A stretch of DNA of 56,613 bases from a bacterium (lineage in GTDB: Bacteria > SAR324 > NAC60-12), in assembly GCA_965233585.1 (NCBI GenBank), contig CBDDTI010000523.1:1-56613 (forward strand). Reading direction: 5' to 3'. Shown here piece after piece: positions 1 to 11,612 of this stretch. The position numbers and the translations under genes were made by a program. Numbering within the stretch: the stretch's first letter is position 1; each line of letters starts with the position of its first letter. Below the pieces are notes generated by a model, which saw only the letters and a list, made by a program, of their open reading frames with translations, ran no database searches and was not told the origin of the DNA.

Positions 1-333
1 ATGGCGTTGGCGAAGTTGTTGCCGCTGTCGATGAAGGCCGCAGTGGTCAAGCTCCCCAGTCAAACCGGGACGTACACGCTGTAGTCTCGCACTTGACTGG
101 GTTGGAGGTTGATCTCCGCAACTTGAGTGCCGGGGTGGTCATCGCTTCAAAACAGGACAGAGCATGAATAAACACTTCCTTGAGCAGGATCGGTAAAAGG
201 TAGGGATTCATAATTTTTTTTTATTTTCAGGGGGGCGAGTCCGGTGCGAAAAACGACAGTAGGCCGGACCCGTTGGTCTCCTGTCATTGTCCTTGTGGGA
301 GTTTCAGCATTTGATAACGAGAGGCATGTTGTG
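1..333 (-). pseudogene. LTR retrotransposon gag-pol junction and aspartic protease fragment (same family as the 4199, 9464, 33635 and 55515 elements)
   Basis: Minus strand near 1-90 reads DYSVYVPV*LGSLTTAAFIDSGNNFANA, with a protease DSG motif and an in-frame stop. It is homologous to 52050-52140. Bases 235-290 match the family's gag-end stem/pseudoknot. Confidence 0.7.
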
Positions 334-760
334 AGTAAATGTCCCTACATCACTCTCAATTGAGCTTGTTACGCTCTAAAATCACCTTAAAACGTTCTCA
401 AAACACCTTAAAACAAGCTGAAACCGTCTTTCAACCATCTGTTTACCGATAAAAACCATCTTGATGCGCTCTCAAAACACCTTGATGGCATCTACATTAA
501 GGTTGTTACAACCTGAAACCGGCTTGTAATCGTTTGCAACTGGCTTGTTTTCGTCTGCAATCGGCTTGCAACAGGCTCGATCGAGCCTGCAATCGGCTTG
601 TTTTCGTCTGCAATCGGCTTGCAACAGGCTCAATCGAGCCTGCTACCGGCTTGTTTTTGTCTGCAATCGGCTTGCAACAGGCTCAATCGAGCCTGCAATC
701 GGCTTGTTTTCGTCTGCAATTGGCTTGCAACAGGCTCAATCGAGCCTGCAATCGGCTTGC
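334..760. repeat. Repeat element: AG-start leader followed by a 53-bp tandem array
   Basis: AGTAAATGTCCCTACATC at 334, a leader homologous to 10815-10930, then about 4 copies of GGCTTGTTTTCGTCTGCAATCGGCTTGCAACAGGCTCAATCGAGCCTGCAATC at 542-753. Confidence 0.85.
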
Positions 761-3700
761 GTCCACAACGAGGATGCCGACGTCAGAGAGTGAAATTCGT
801 CCCCATACTTGTTTCAAGCGGCGTGAAGGGTGATCTTCGGGCAGATCTGTTAGGCTTTGGCCTTGTTGGAAGGCGCAAATAATCTGCTTGTGTGCCGTGT
901 CTGTCTTACAGCATTCGACGATCCTTGCGAGCGTCGTTTTCTGGAGCTACTACACAAGCACTCAATGGCAAGGACGTGGATCCGTCCGTTGTTGATGCAG
1001 GAGTACGGGATAGTGCGTCCGCAATGATGTTGTCCTTTCCAGCCATCCATTTGACGCCAAACGGGCGGTCCAGGATCTTTTCGCGGAGCCTGGTGATTCT
1101 GGCGTTGTCAATTTGGGGCAAGTTCTTGGCGAAGATCCCGATGAGCGGTCTGTGATCCGTTACAACTTCGAATTTCTCAATCCCTTTGAGGAAGAAGTCG
1201 CACTTTTGAATCGCCCAAACAATTGCTGTCAGCTACAATTCGAGCGTGGAGTAATTTTTCTCTGCGGGTGAAAGTGATCGAGACCCGCATTGGATCACTG
1301 CAGTCTTGTCCTCTCGATGTTCCATGAGGACAAACCCTAATCTGTGCAGTCTGGAGGCATCAGTGATGAGGCAAGTACTCCAGGACGGGTTGAAGTAGTT
1401 TAAGGACAGTGTTGATAGCAGGTCAGTTTTGAGCTGGTCGAAGGCCGCCTGATGTTCGTCCATCCACAGGAACGCTATGTTCCTTCAGTAAGGCCTGTAG
1501 GACCCCTGTGTGTCTTGTGATCCCCGGATGATAAGTTGACAACTGGTTGATCATCCCGGGGAAGCTACGTAGTTCAGTGACTGTCATTGGGGCTGGGAAG
1601 TCTCTGATTCCCTGCAAGTACGTTGTGTTTGGGTGAAGTCCGTTGTGGTCCACGATTTGGCCTGCAAACTCGAAGGCCTCTCCGATTTCCAGCTTCTTCC
1701 GAGACAAGGTGAAGTTGTGGGACTTGCATCCTTCTAGTAGTTTGTTGATATCATCCTGCAGTGTTGGCAAGTCCGGTGCTTGGACGAGGATATCGTCAAC
1801 AAGCTTTCTGACGCCCTGTAGGCCCTCGACAATCTTGTCTGATCGTCAGCAGAACTCGTCACTCGAGCAGGAGAGGCCCACTGGTGCGCGTAGAAATCAA
1901 AATCTGCCTGAGGAAAGCAGAAACATCGTCAGTTTGGAGCTGTCCTCATCCAGGGGTACCTGGTGGTATCCCTGGGTTGCGTCGAGCTTTGCGAATGCTG
2001 TGGAGCTTGGGTCGATGCCTGACAGTATTTCCTGTGTTGACGGGAATGTGTGGATCGGGCGCCTGACGTACTAGTTCAGGCGGGTGTAGTTGATGACGAG
2101 GCGCAAGTCGCAGTTCTTCTTTGCGACGAAGAACCCCGGAGCGCACCCCTCCATAGGGTCGTCTTGTTGCGTGATTACTCCGCCGTCAAGCAGTTTTTTT
2201 ACGATCCGTTCTGCCTTCTCCCTCCAGTGCAGGGGAATTTGTCTTGCAGTGGATATGCGGAAGGGCATTTTCTCTCCAGGCGTCAGTTGAATTCTCATAG
2301 AAACGCAGCCGGTGTCCATGGAGCCCTTCAGCAGATCATCAGTGAGGACGTCTGGATTGTTCTTGATCAACGAGTCACGCATATCTGAGAATCGATTCTC
2401 AGAAACGATGAAGACGGGAGCTGGAAACTGCTTGGGAATTATGCCTAGATCCTTTAAGTCATCCCGTCCGATGTTGATCTCGTTGTTGATTGCGGGGGTA
2501 ATGAAGGCTCTTGTAGAAGTTGAACAATTGGATGTACTAAGGGTAATCGGTGCAGTTCCTTTCGTAGTCACTGAATCCCCGCACACATTGACGTACTTGG
2601 TGAGGGAAGGTTTGGTTGGTTGAACGTTGGTCTTTTTGGCCAGGTCTGCTGCTATCAGGGTGGCAGCGCTTCCGGTGTCTGGAAAAGTACGAAGTGTGAA
2701 CGATCCGTTTGAGTGTGAGACCTTGAGATTTAGCCTGTTTACCCATGAATCCTGAGGCTGGGCTTCCAGATCTGTTATTGCTCTGATAGGCTTGGGCTTT
2801 GCCTCGCTTTGCATTTTAGGTTTCCGCTGTAGGGGGGAGAGGCATACTTTGGCCAGGTGACCGGGCTTACCGCAGTGGTTACACAGAATCCCTTTCTTTT
2901 TGATGCCGCAGTTTCGGGTCAGGTGAGACGTATTTCCGCAACTTGCACATCGACCTGCCAGTTCAGAGGGAAGGCCGGAGCGTTTGCTTTCCTTCCCGGC
3001 GGGTTGCTTGACTGTGGCTACGGGTGCTGCCTTGGAACGGAGTGCATCCTTGGCCTTCTGTTGTAATTCGTATTGAGCGACGGTGTCCCTGATGGCTGTG
3101 GCATCCTTACGCTTCAGGTTGAAGATTTTGTTGCGTAGGCATTGGTCATTGCATGCGCTGATGAAGGGGAACGTTGTTAATTCTTCCTTGGACATGGCTT
3201 CGAGGTCGCCAATGTCGGCCAACTTTGTGAGGCGATGCAGCAAGTCCACCGTATTCTCGCCCTGTTCCCGCTCGACCTGGAAGAAGTCGACTAATCTATT
3301 GAAGATCGGAGATAGGGTCTGGAACTCGCCTTCGAGGATATTGAGGCAGCCGGCGGGACCGAAGAGCTGCATGCTCGGTGTGAGCTTCCTTTCCACGACT
3401 TCCTGGAGTTCCACATCAAAGACCCCAAACAAGTAACCCTGTAGCATTGCCACTGATTGCTGTTTGAGGTTGCTAGTGTCGTGGAACCTCCGGTAGGCAG
3501 CAACCCATAGTCTGAACTTGCTCGGAGTTTTTGCCTTTGTTAGCTCCTTTGGAAATAGGAGTTTGCAAGTGGTGACCTTGGGGACCGCGCCTGTGGAGGC
3601 CGTGGCCCCACTGTCGGCCGTAGGGGCGATGGGCGAGGACGTCGGCGTCGAATTCTGCTTGATATATTTGTTCAATTTCGCTAACGCTGTGAATTGATTG

Positions 3701-4198
3701 TCCTCGTACGGCCCAAGTGATTTGCTTGCTGTTTTACTTGCCGTGTCACTGCCGGCTGCCGTCTCGAGGTTGCTCCATCGGTCATGTAGCTTGACGCAGT
3801 TGCAATCTGTAAGCTTGTCGATCGCGGTGCATGCCCGGGTGACTGCGCTCTTGGCTGAGGGGATTCTCGCCAAGATTGCGGCCTTGTCACCCCAATTCAC
3901 CTCATCTGGTTTGTCCGCCATGTTTTGATGTAGGATTGTAGTGTAGATCAATGTAGTTTCGATGGTGCAGTAGGTGTGGCCAAAGTGCCACGGTTGCGGG
4001 AAACTCCCCTCTTCAGGCCCTTGGACGTTTTGGGTAGCGTCTTGTGCTTCCCGATGTAGTACCTGGGGCTGTAATTGGCCCAGGGCTAGTGCTTGAAGCA
4101 GCATAGGTCGTTAGACTTGACCAGGCATCCTTCCTCGCGTCTGATGTGATTTTCCGAAATCAAGTTCCAAAAACCGGTCGTGACGCCATGTTAGCTAG
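760..4198 (-). mobile_element. Degraded Ty3/Gypsy LTR retrotransposon (gag-PR-RT-RNaseH), truncated before integrase
   Basis: PBS-like TGGCGTCACGA at 4178-4188 next to a 10-bp LTR stub ending TAACA. Gag has two CCHC knuckles; protease FPDTGS; RT LDATQGYHQVPL and VDDILV; RNase H ITDAS, EKNYSTLEL, VVTDHRPL and IADALSR. Several stops and frameshifts. Confidence 0.9.
2071..3921 (-). CDS. gag-pol: Gypsy Gag-protease-RT N-terminal polyprotein (ends at a premature stop)
   Basis: ATG at 3921 (MADKPDEV); CASCGNTSHLTRNC and CNHCGKPGHLAKVC knuckles; DTG protease; RT start APGFFVAKKNCDLRLVINYTRLN, then TAG. Confidence 0.8.
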   Translation of the reverse strand: MADKPDEVNWGDKAAILARIPSAKSAVTRACTAIDKLTDCNCVKLHDRWSNLETAAGSDTASKTASKSLGPYEDNQFTALAKLNKYIKQNSTPTSSPIAPTADSGATASTGAVPKVTTCKLLFPKELTKAKTPSKFRLWVAAYRRFHDTSNLKQQSVAMLQGYLFGVFDVELQEVVERKLTPSMQLFGPAGCLNILEGEFQTLSPIFNRLVDFFQVEREQGENTVDLLHRLTKLADIGDLEAMSKEELTTFPFISACNDQCLRNKIFNLKRKDATAIRDTVAQYELQQKAKDALRSKAAPVATVKQPAGKESKRSGLPSELAGRCASCGNTSHLTRNCGIKKKGILCNHCGKPGHLAKVCLSPLQRKPKMQSEAKPKPIRAITDLEAQPQDSWVNRLNLKVSHSNGSFTLRTFPDTGSAATLIAADLAKKTNVQPTKPSLTKYVNVCGDSVTTKGTAPITLSTSNCSTSTRAFITPAINNEINIGRDDLKDLGIIPKQFPAPVFIVSENRFSDMRDSLIKNNPDVLTDDLLKGSMDTGCVSMRIQLTPGEKMPFRISTARQIPLHWREKAERIVKKLLDGGVITQQDDPMEGCAPGFFVAKKNCDLRLVINYTRLN

Positions 4199-4652
4199 TG
4201 AAGCGAAAAGCCCAAGGCTCCCTGAGATCTGATTCCAGATGTACCGTTCTACTTTCTTCCCATCTCTATTGTACATAACTCTCTCTTTCTGTGACTACGA
4301 TTGCACCCATTATACCGTATGTAATTAAATCAGTTGATTCATAGACAATGAATAGAGCAGACGTGTTTCAACCCTGACAGAAATCTCTTAGAATTCGTCT
4401 ACTCATTAGTGATTCGTTAGCATCTTCTTGAAGGATACGATTAGTTCGGAAACCTTCTCATTTGAGATCAGCTTGTCAAAGATCCTCTGGCTGTAGTCAA
4501 TCCTTTCAGGCACGAGCCGGAAAGGCCTGCCTCTTTCGACGTTTCGGGAATTTGTTCACATCGTCTTTTCTGACGATCCTCCTCATTCGGAAACTTCAAG
4601 GCCGGACTTGACTACACCACGGAACCGACCAGGAAAGGTCCGGTCCGGTTCA
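4199..4652 (+). repeat. 5' LTR of an env-family element (TGAA...TTCA)
   Basis: Starts TGAAGCGAAAAGCCCAAG, ends CCGGTCCGGTTCA, and is followed by PBS TGGTGGCAGCG at 4655-4665. Homologous to LTR 33635-34168. Confidence 0.85.
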
Positions 4653-6174
4653 ACTGGTGGCAGCGTTGTTCTCCTCCCTTTTGGGGGGGGGCGGAGTACA
4701 GGGTGTACCCCGTCACCGGACATGCCACTGCACGATCACTGCTACCAAAAGAATAAGTATCGTTCATTTCATTTTGTCCAACAATTTGCTTAGAATTTAG
4801 GTTTCGTTCCGTCCATTTTGTCCCAAAATTTTGTTGAATCGCTCGGTCTCATTCATTTCGTTTTAGTCAAATACCAGTTAGTCGCCTCCATGGCCTAACG
4901 GCCTAAGAGGAGGTAGAGGACCCGGCTCAGAATGATTCAGGAATGTCGCAATCAAGGTAATCATCATCATCATCCTCATCCTCATCATCGTCAGGTCGGA
5001 ATCGGCCTGATCAGCATTCATTCAGTCAGAAAATCGTAGTAGAAATAGTAGAAGAAAAGGTGTTTTGGGCTCCGAGCGGTAGAGGCCGGAGTCAGGTTCG
5101 CCAGCACCAAGGGGTCTGGGTTCCTCTACTGAAGAGACACCGGAGAGGATAATCTCAACGTGCTTGGGCTCTGAGTGGTAGAGGCCGGAGTCAGGTTTGC
5201 CAGTATCAAGAGGTATGGGTTCCTTTACTGAAAAGGCACAGGCCAGCGCGGGCAAGTCAGTGTGAGGGCCCCGGTGATGGGGTCGGGAACGCCAATGTCA
5301 AGGGGTTGGGTTCCTTACGGTAAGCACGCAATTCGGAGTACGTTGGGGCCTCGATACTGTGAAGGACGAGGTCAGGGTCCATCATATCCCACGATGGGTT
5401 GGATGCCTTTGCCTGTAGGTGCGAGGCTGGGGGTCCCCCGGGGACAAGGGGACAAAGACGAGCCTTCTGGATTCGCGAGTTTAGCGGCCTCTATCCCAAC
5501 GTGGACCCAGCAGTTGGTGATAAAAAAGGCTAGGGATGTGAGGATTCACATATGGGTGCAAATTGATAGCAGGAAAAGGGTTGTAAAAGTGTTAAATTCG
5601 CATCCTGTTGCAATAGCCACAGGAAAGGAGTCATAAAATGCAAAAATTCACACACTGCTGCAATTAGCAACGAGTAACATCTGCTGGATAATCCCTCTTG
5701 GGGGGTCCTGAGCTCGCGAACATCAGAGGAGACCGCTTCAACCACAGTCGATGACAGAGTTGTGTTGCCGGGAACGCGCTGGGGGTTATCAAATTTAGGA
5801 GATATAAAGTAATTAAAGAAACCATAAAAGGGGGGAAGTTCCTCCGCTTCCTGTTATCATCGCAGACACAGTTCCGCATTTACTTTGAAAGCGACAAAAC
5901 TGATATCAAATCATTCTGTTCTCAACCTCTACCTCGACAACTACACCTCGAAATCTTTTCACCACTTGGGAAGATTTGTGTTCACTCTTGATTCCAACTG
6001 TTAGAAATCCAGACTTTGAATTTTAAGCATCAGGTCTCAGGTAAGCCTTGGTCATTTTGGTTCAGCAGTAAGGCCACCACTGCATTTCATCGAAATTCCG
6101 ATAAGGAATAACAGGATTCACCGTTATTACCTTGCCAGGAAGTCTTGTTAACCTTTATCTCCTACCACTATAGT

Positions 6175-6543
6175 ATGGCTACCAATGACAACGTTTCCAC
6201 TGATGTTACTATGGAGTCCTTGGCCAATGGGATGCAAACCCTCTCCACAGGGATGCAATCTATCAGGGCCGAACTTACCGCGCTGCAGAATCGTGAGGGC
6301 ATACAAAACCTCTCGCTCGACGAACGAGGACGGGAGCGCCCGTATCGGCCTTTCCAAGGTGCCCCTGGACCCCATAACACGAAGGTCCAATACTTCTCGA
6401 ACCTTCCGGGGGAGAATTTTCTAGCCTGGCGATCGCAATTCCAAGTCATCGCCAACTACCATCGCTGGTCCGATAAAGAGGCAAAGCAACTCATGTATGT
6501 GTACATGAAGGGCACCGCCCTTGATTCGGTCATGGACATTCCC
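6175..6543 (+). pseudogene. gag: Truncated Gag N-terminus
   Basis: MATNDNVSTDVTMESL...YFSNLPGENFLAWRSQFQVIANYHRWSDKEAKQLMYVYMKGTALDSVMDI, closely similar to the gag at 53108-53519. Confidence 0.8.
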
Positions 6544-9463
6544 CAAGGATTGGTCGTATTGGAGGGGTGTTTGTCGAACATCCCTAGCAATATAACATCG
6601 GCCAGTGGTGTAGTCATTGCATTGTGACCGGATCTCTTCATCGCCACTGTCAAGAATCTCTCCAGGTTCATAGTCCCATTCCATTCCGTAGTAGAAGTGG
6701 TAGTGCCGGCTGGAGTGATTGAAACCGGAGGAGTCAGAGGCAATTCACTTCGCCTATCCGGTACAGTCCCTGCTGTAGCCCCCTCTGTAGTCATGGATGC
6801 ATCTGTCATGTTGACATCGGTAACATCCGTTATAGTGGGTGATGAGGTGAAGGGAATGGTTACAACTTGTTGTCCATCAGAGGAAATGGTGATTTGAAGA
6901 TTCGGCCTGTTTGTCGCAGCTGCCTTAGTCTTTAATGCCTTTCGGGCAATTTGAATAACACTAGACATCTTGCTACTGGTTTCTCAGTAACCGGTTCATC
7001 CTTGACAGGAGGTTGTAATTCCTGCCCAAGCTCGGCTTCCAGTTCGGCTACCCAATCTGAACCCTCATGATAAGGTTCGTCCTTGACACAAGCAGAAGGA
7101 GGCTCCTGGGGGGATTCCATCAAGGAAGCGACTGTGGTTGCCCTGTATGATCAAGGTCGATCACGAGGTCACCAGGAGGGGTGGTCAACACCTCTGGCTT
7201 TGGTTCTTGAGCAGAATGAGGAAATTCAGAGAGAAAGGATCCTCATTGTGGTCATCTCCCATCATCAGGATGTGTGAATCCATCATGGAAACTGTATTCT
7301 CTTTACTCTCGTTCTTGCAGAAAACATCTGCATCGCTGTCGTCCGACTGCTCCGAGTCTTGCTCCGAATCGGAACTGGACAAATCTTTGTCTATCTTTGC
7401 CAAGATTGACCGAAACAAACGCCTATTGGCCCTTGAATTCCCTGCAAAGGGTTTACTTTTTTTCGTTGGTGCACCGGGCCGTGCTTTGTGCTGAGCGCTG
7501 TTCTTTTTGGTGTCCCCAACCTTCAAGTATGGGTGCTGTATGAAACACTCCTTATTTGAATGATTGCTGACCTATGGACTGAACAGGTATCCTTGCGGAT
7601 AAATCCTTTTTTCCCCGTCGACATTTCCATGATGTCAGTGTCTTGTTCCTCCACTAAGGATTGGATATTGTTTTCTTTCCGCTTAGGGGATACTATCGGG
7701 TTAGCATGGTACACAGCAGCTTTGTAGATAGCGGATCTACTCCTGACGATTTGTTGATAAGGATATAATGCTGCTGTATGCGCCAGGACAACGGTGACTG
7801 CAGATCGGAATGTTGTGGGTAGCGGCGGTGAACTGAGACGAATCTTTAGAGGTTTGCTTAATAGACCTGAAATAAACTTTTGTTTTAGAAACGGTGAAGT
7901 GTCCACTTTTTCCAAGGGATAAGCTCTTTTGAAAAGGTGTTCTAACTGATAGGCATAATCCTGTATGGATACATCCTCTTTTTGAGTCAAGCTTTCAAAA
8001 AGGGAAGCCGAAACCTCCTAGTTTCCCGATGCGTTAAAGATCTGATCCATCTCTTTCAAGAGATTTTTCAAATTGGTCATATCGACCTGACCAGATAAAT
8101 GTTTGGTCATCTCTGCGTCTTTATCCTGCATCAAATACAGGGCCATTTCAAAAGCTTCTTGCTCTGTGGGCTTGAAAATGTTAACTCCGTTGAGGAATGT
8201 AGTTACACATGTGGGAAATGTGGAAAGGTTACTCCCATCAAAGGATTGATACTTTGCACCCTGTATTTTATCTTGTGCCGCGTCTTCAGCAGTAGGAGAA
8301 AATCGCACTATAAAGTGTCCAAATGTTTCGCCCATATTTTTTGCAACTGGAGCAGGATTAGTCGCTATACGGGCAACTGGTACTGCCTCTGCTGCAGGTG
8401 CAGTTGGTGCTGCTCTCATTTCTGCCGCCTTTAGGTGTGCGCAGAAGATGTGGTCCATAATCGGACGTAGCTGTAGAATGTTTTTCGAAGCATCAATTTT
8501 AGTGGCTTTAATGTCGGCAATGAGGCTAGTGATCTCACTTGCTGGTGGAGTAACTCGGAACTTTTCCTTAAGCTTTTCAATCTCTTGATTGATTGCGGCA
8601 TCGGAGCCACCAGAAGGATTAGCTGTTGCCATTTGGTGATAATGACAAATATAATAATAGATTTGGAACGTACCCCGGAGACAGTAGCTGCCACCACAAA
8701 TGTAAGGACAATATCAATCGGCCTGGATTCCCTGAAGATGGAATAAGTACCGGTTGGAGAAATAAATCGGTTAGATTATCCAATCAATACAAAAGGTGAC
8801 TTCTATTGTCTGTAGAAATCGAGTTCCTGTAACAGCGATTATTCGCACAAGCGAATAGTCTGAAAACTCAAAGAGTACTGACTATAAGAGTCAGTTATTT
8901 ATTAGAGGAAAAATACTGGGGTTATCTTAACAATGTATTTTCCTTAGCTGAGATAGATTGTGATATCATATAACATTCTATGGAAATGCATTAAAGAATA
9001 TCCATGATAAATATATATGTTGCAAGATGAACAAAGAAGGATATCACTAGATTCTTCAAGTTGGTCTTGAAGCTTGAATTCTTTATTGTCTCACTAACAC
9101 TATCACTTAATCTCTTGATGTGCAGGAAACGTACTGGGTACGTTCATTGAAAGGAGACTTCCTCGGTCCCTTCATAATAGTGTAGTTGGCTGAAGCCCAG
9201 CAAACCCCTTGTTTCCTTTGTTTCACTCAATATGATATTTGTGAACAAGTGTCTTCAAACAACTCTTTCAATGAATGCAGGAGAGGAATTGGATGTGCTA
9301 GATCGCAATTATGTACAAACAATGATGGAAATGGGAAGTTGGCCCCATAAATACTGTGCATTTGAGGGAAGTTAGCATCCACAACCTTACCCACCCTCAT
9401 TTATCTATGGTAAAACTTCCATTTCCATTTAAGCTCCACAATGAACCCCAGATTTGAAGATAG
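6544..9463 (-). mobile_element. Second LTR retroelement fragment (partial LTR 8701-9463, PBS, disrupted gag)
   Basis: Minus strand reads ...CCTTACA TTTG TGGTGGCAGC (PBS at 8687-8696). Gag-like ORFs 8018-8632 and 7523-8017 are separated by one in-frame TAG and contain LTQKEDVSIQDYAYQLEHLFKRAYP...FISGL. No pol recognised. Confidence 0.7.
7523..8632 (-). pseudogene. gag: Retrotransposon Gag-like, interrupted by a stop at 8018-8020
   Basis: Capsid-like motifs YQSFDGS and Q..D.SIQDYAYQLEHLF..AYP; a CxxH zinc-binding remnant near the end. Confidence 0.65.
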
Positions 9464-9706
9464 TGAACCGGGCCGGACTTTCCGGACGGTTATCTGGTGA
9501 TGTCGATCAAGACCAGAGCGGGTTTCCGAACAAGTTGTATCCTCAAGAAATAGACAGGAGCAAAGCGTTTGACGTCTGTTCTATTCTATGATCTGAAATT
9601 GACTGACTGTACATTAGGTGATGACGTAATGGCAGGAAAGAATAAAGAATGACAATGATGTAAAAGGAATGGAAATCACTGATGTCTTCCTGGGCTTTTC
9701 AGTTCA
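9464..9706 (-). repeat. 3' LTR (short variant) of an env-family element
   Basis: Minus strand starts TGAACTGAAAAGCCCAGG and ends CCGGCCCGGTTCA. Preceded on the minus strand by polypurine tract AAAAGAAGGGGGGGGGGG at about 9711-9729. Confidence 0.85.
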
Positions 9707-9948
9707 TCTGCCCCCCCCCCCTTCTTTTGAGTGAGGTTGCAATGGACCGAACTCAGACAAGGTTCCCCAATCATGAAATCAGCTGGTTCCTTCTCACACT
9801 GTTTTATCCTTTTCCTGTATCACTATTGTTTGTGCTAATCATACGGTATTTCTCCTTTATCACAATGGTGTCTCTGATCACTCACAAGGAGGAAGTGTCT
9901 CTGTCCCTACTATCACAACCATTGGAAGTCTTAGGATATTCTGCTCTA

Positions 9949-10762
9949 TCAACGGTTCCGCTTCATCACGTCTCCGATGGGGCCCTTCGGGAAGATGTCA
10001 CCGGGAGACCTCGAGGCGTCGGCAGGTTCATGTTGCGGTGGTCCGACGAGGTTGGCAGCGACTGACGGGTTGATGGGGATGGTTGAGGGCGTCCGGGCAT
10101 CGGCTGCGGGAGGTGTTGCTCCCGCTGGTGGATCGAGGAGGAGAGAGGTTCGTTTGGGGGCGATCCTCTCTGCGGATCCTTGAGTCCGAGCCAGGTATAG
10201 GGTCTCTTGCGGAGGTCCGACGGATGGTCTCCGGCAATCTGGGTCTGCATAAAGAGCCCACAGGTTGTTGCTGTACATGGAGGATGATTTGGCAGGGAGC
10301 GGCGGGTAGACGTTCGAAACAGCCTGGTTGCGTCGCGGAAGCGGAGGGCCTTCGATCTCATTGATGGCCAAATACTCATGAGGGGCATTATTCGAAGGGC
10401 CTCAAGTCGTCTCCGCAGTGGAAGGACGGGCGACCTGTTGTTTGAATTGCCTCCATTGCCGGTAGAACCTCATGGGGAAGACGTTCTGCGCGGGCCGAGT
10501 CCCCACAGGAGGTTAGGTCCAAAACCGTGTTCTTGGTACAAGACCCGCAGCGAGAACACCGTGGTGAGCATACATCGTCCTATGACATAAAGGTAATAGA
10601 GACCTATGAAGATACTAACCAGCTTTCCCCATTTTTCCAGCCAGCTCCACCAGCCGCCAAAGAGGAGATTTCGCCAGTCTGCAGTTGCAGCAATACTGTC
10701 GGGGAACAAGTCCAGCAGCCCGAGGACGTGGTCGTTTTCGGGTCATAAGTTGTGGACCTTGT
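9949..10762 (-). pseudogene. env: C-terminal fragment of the envelope glycoprotein (TM and cytoplasmic tail), frameshifted
   Basis: ADWRNLLFGGWWSWLEKWGKLVSIFIGLYYLYV...EHGFGPNLLWGLGP and FPKGPIG closely match the env at 41180-41890. Cut at about 10762. Confidence 0.9.
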
Positions 10763-11345
10763 AGAGAAATGTACCTACATCAGGCTCTTTCGAGCTTGAT
10801 GTAGGCACATTTCTTCTCAAAACACTCTCAAAACACCTTAAAACAGTCTAAAACGGGCTTTTAACCATCCGTTTACGCATGAAAACCATCTTAAAGCGCT
10901 CTCAAACCACCTTGATGGCATCTACATTGAGCCTGTTGCAGGCTCAATCGAGCCTGTTTTCGTCTGTAATCGGCCTGCAACCGGCTTGTTTTCGTCTGCA
11001 ATCGGCTTGCAACAGGCTCGATCTGTAATCGGCCTGCAACCGGCTTGTTTTCGTCTGCAATCGGCTTGCAACCGGCTCGATCGAGTTTTCGTCTGCAATC
11101 GGCTTGCAAGCCGATTACAGGCTCGATCGAGCCTGTTGCAAGCCGATTACAGGCTCAATCGAGCCTGTTGCAAGCCGATTACAGGCTCAATCGAGCCTGT
11201 TGCAAGCCGATTACAGGCTCAAGAGCCTGTTGCAAGCCGATTACAGGCTCAATCGAGCCTGTTGCAAGCCGATTACAGGCTCAATCGAGCCTGTTGCAAG
11301 CCGATTGCAGACGAAAACAAGCCGGTTACAGGCTTGTTGCAACAT
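10763..11345. repeat. AG-start hairpin plus fold-back tandem array; candidate Polinton left terminus or an independent element
   Basis: Starts AGAGAAATGTACCTACATC with a ~23-bp hairpin at about 10765-10813. Forward 53-bp-type units flip orientation at palindrome AATCGGCTTGCAAGCCGATT (about 11097-11116), followed by 32-bp units. Confidence 0.75.
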
Positions 11346-11612
11346 CTATTTTTCTCCATTGTCAAATTGTTCTCGATTTAAAAGCGCAAAGAAAGGTTCT
11401 AAGAATGAAAAATGTTTAAAAATTCCGTCCTTTTTGCTCCAAACCCGCTCAAATGTAATTTTTCAAACTCTAAATTTTAAAAAGAAGAATTTCCAAAGTT
11501 GTTTCTGATAAGACAAAAATTTGATCGCGCGTATCAAAGTTTTCATCCAATCCTGTTAAAAATTCAACTCACAGTCGTTTTCAACCGTTTCAATTATCAA
11601 GACATCTATTTT

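Larger units (their letters stand above)
4199..6543 (+). mobile_element. 5' portion of an env-family LTR retrotransposon (LTR, tRNA-Leu-type PBS, leader, truncated gag)
   Basis: Leader is homologous to 34169-36400, including a (CAT)n tract. Gag starts at ATG 6175 and is cut at about 6543. Confidence 0.85.

Noticed and set aside
520..760. CRISPR-like array or coding ORFs in the 53-bp repeats (also 10930-11345)
   Set aside because: Units are contiguous with no unique spacers and no cas genes, in a eukaryotic context; the ORFs are by-products of a stop-poor repeat.
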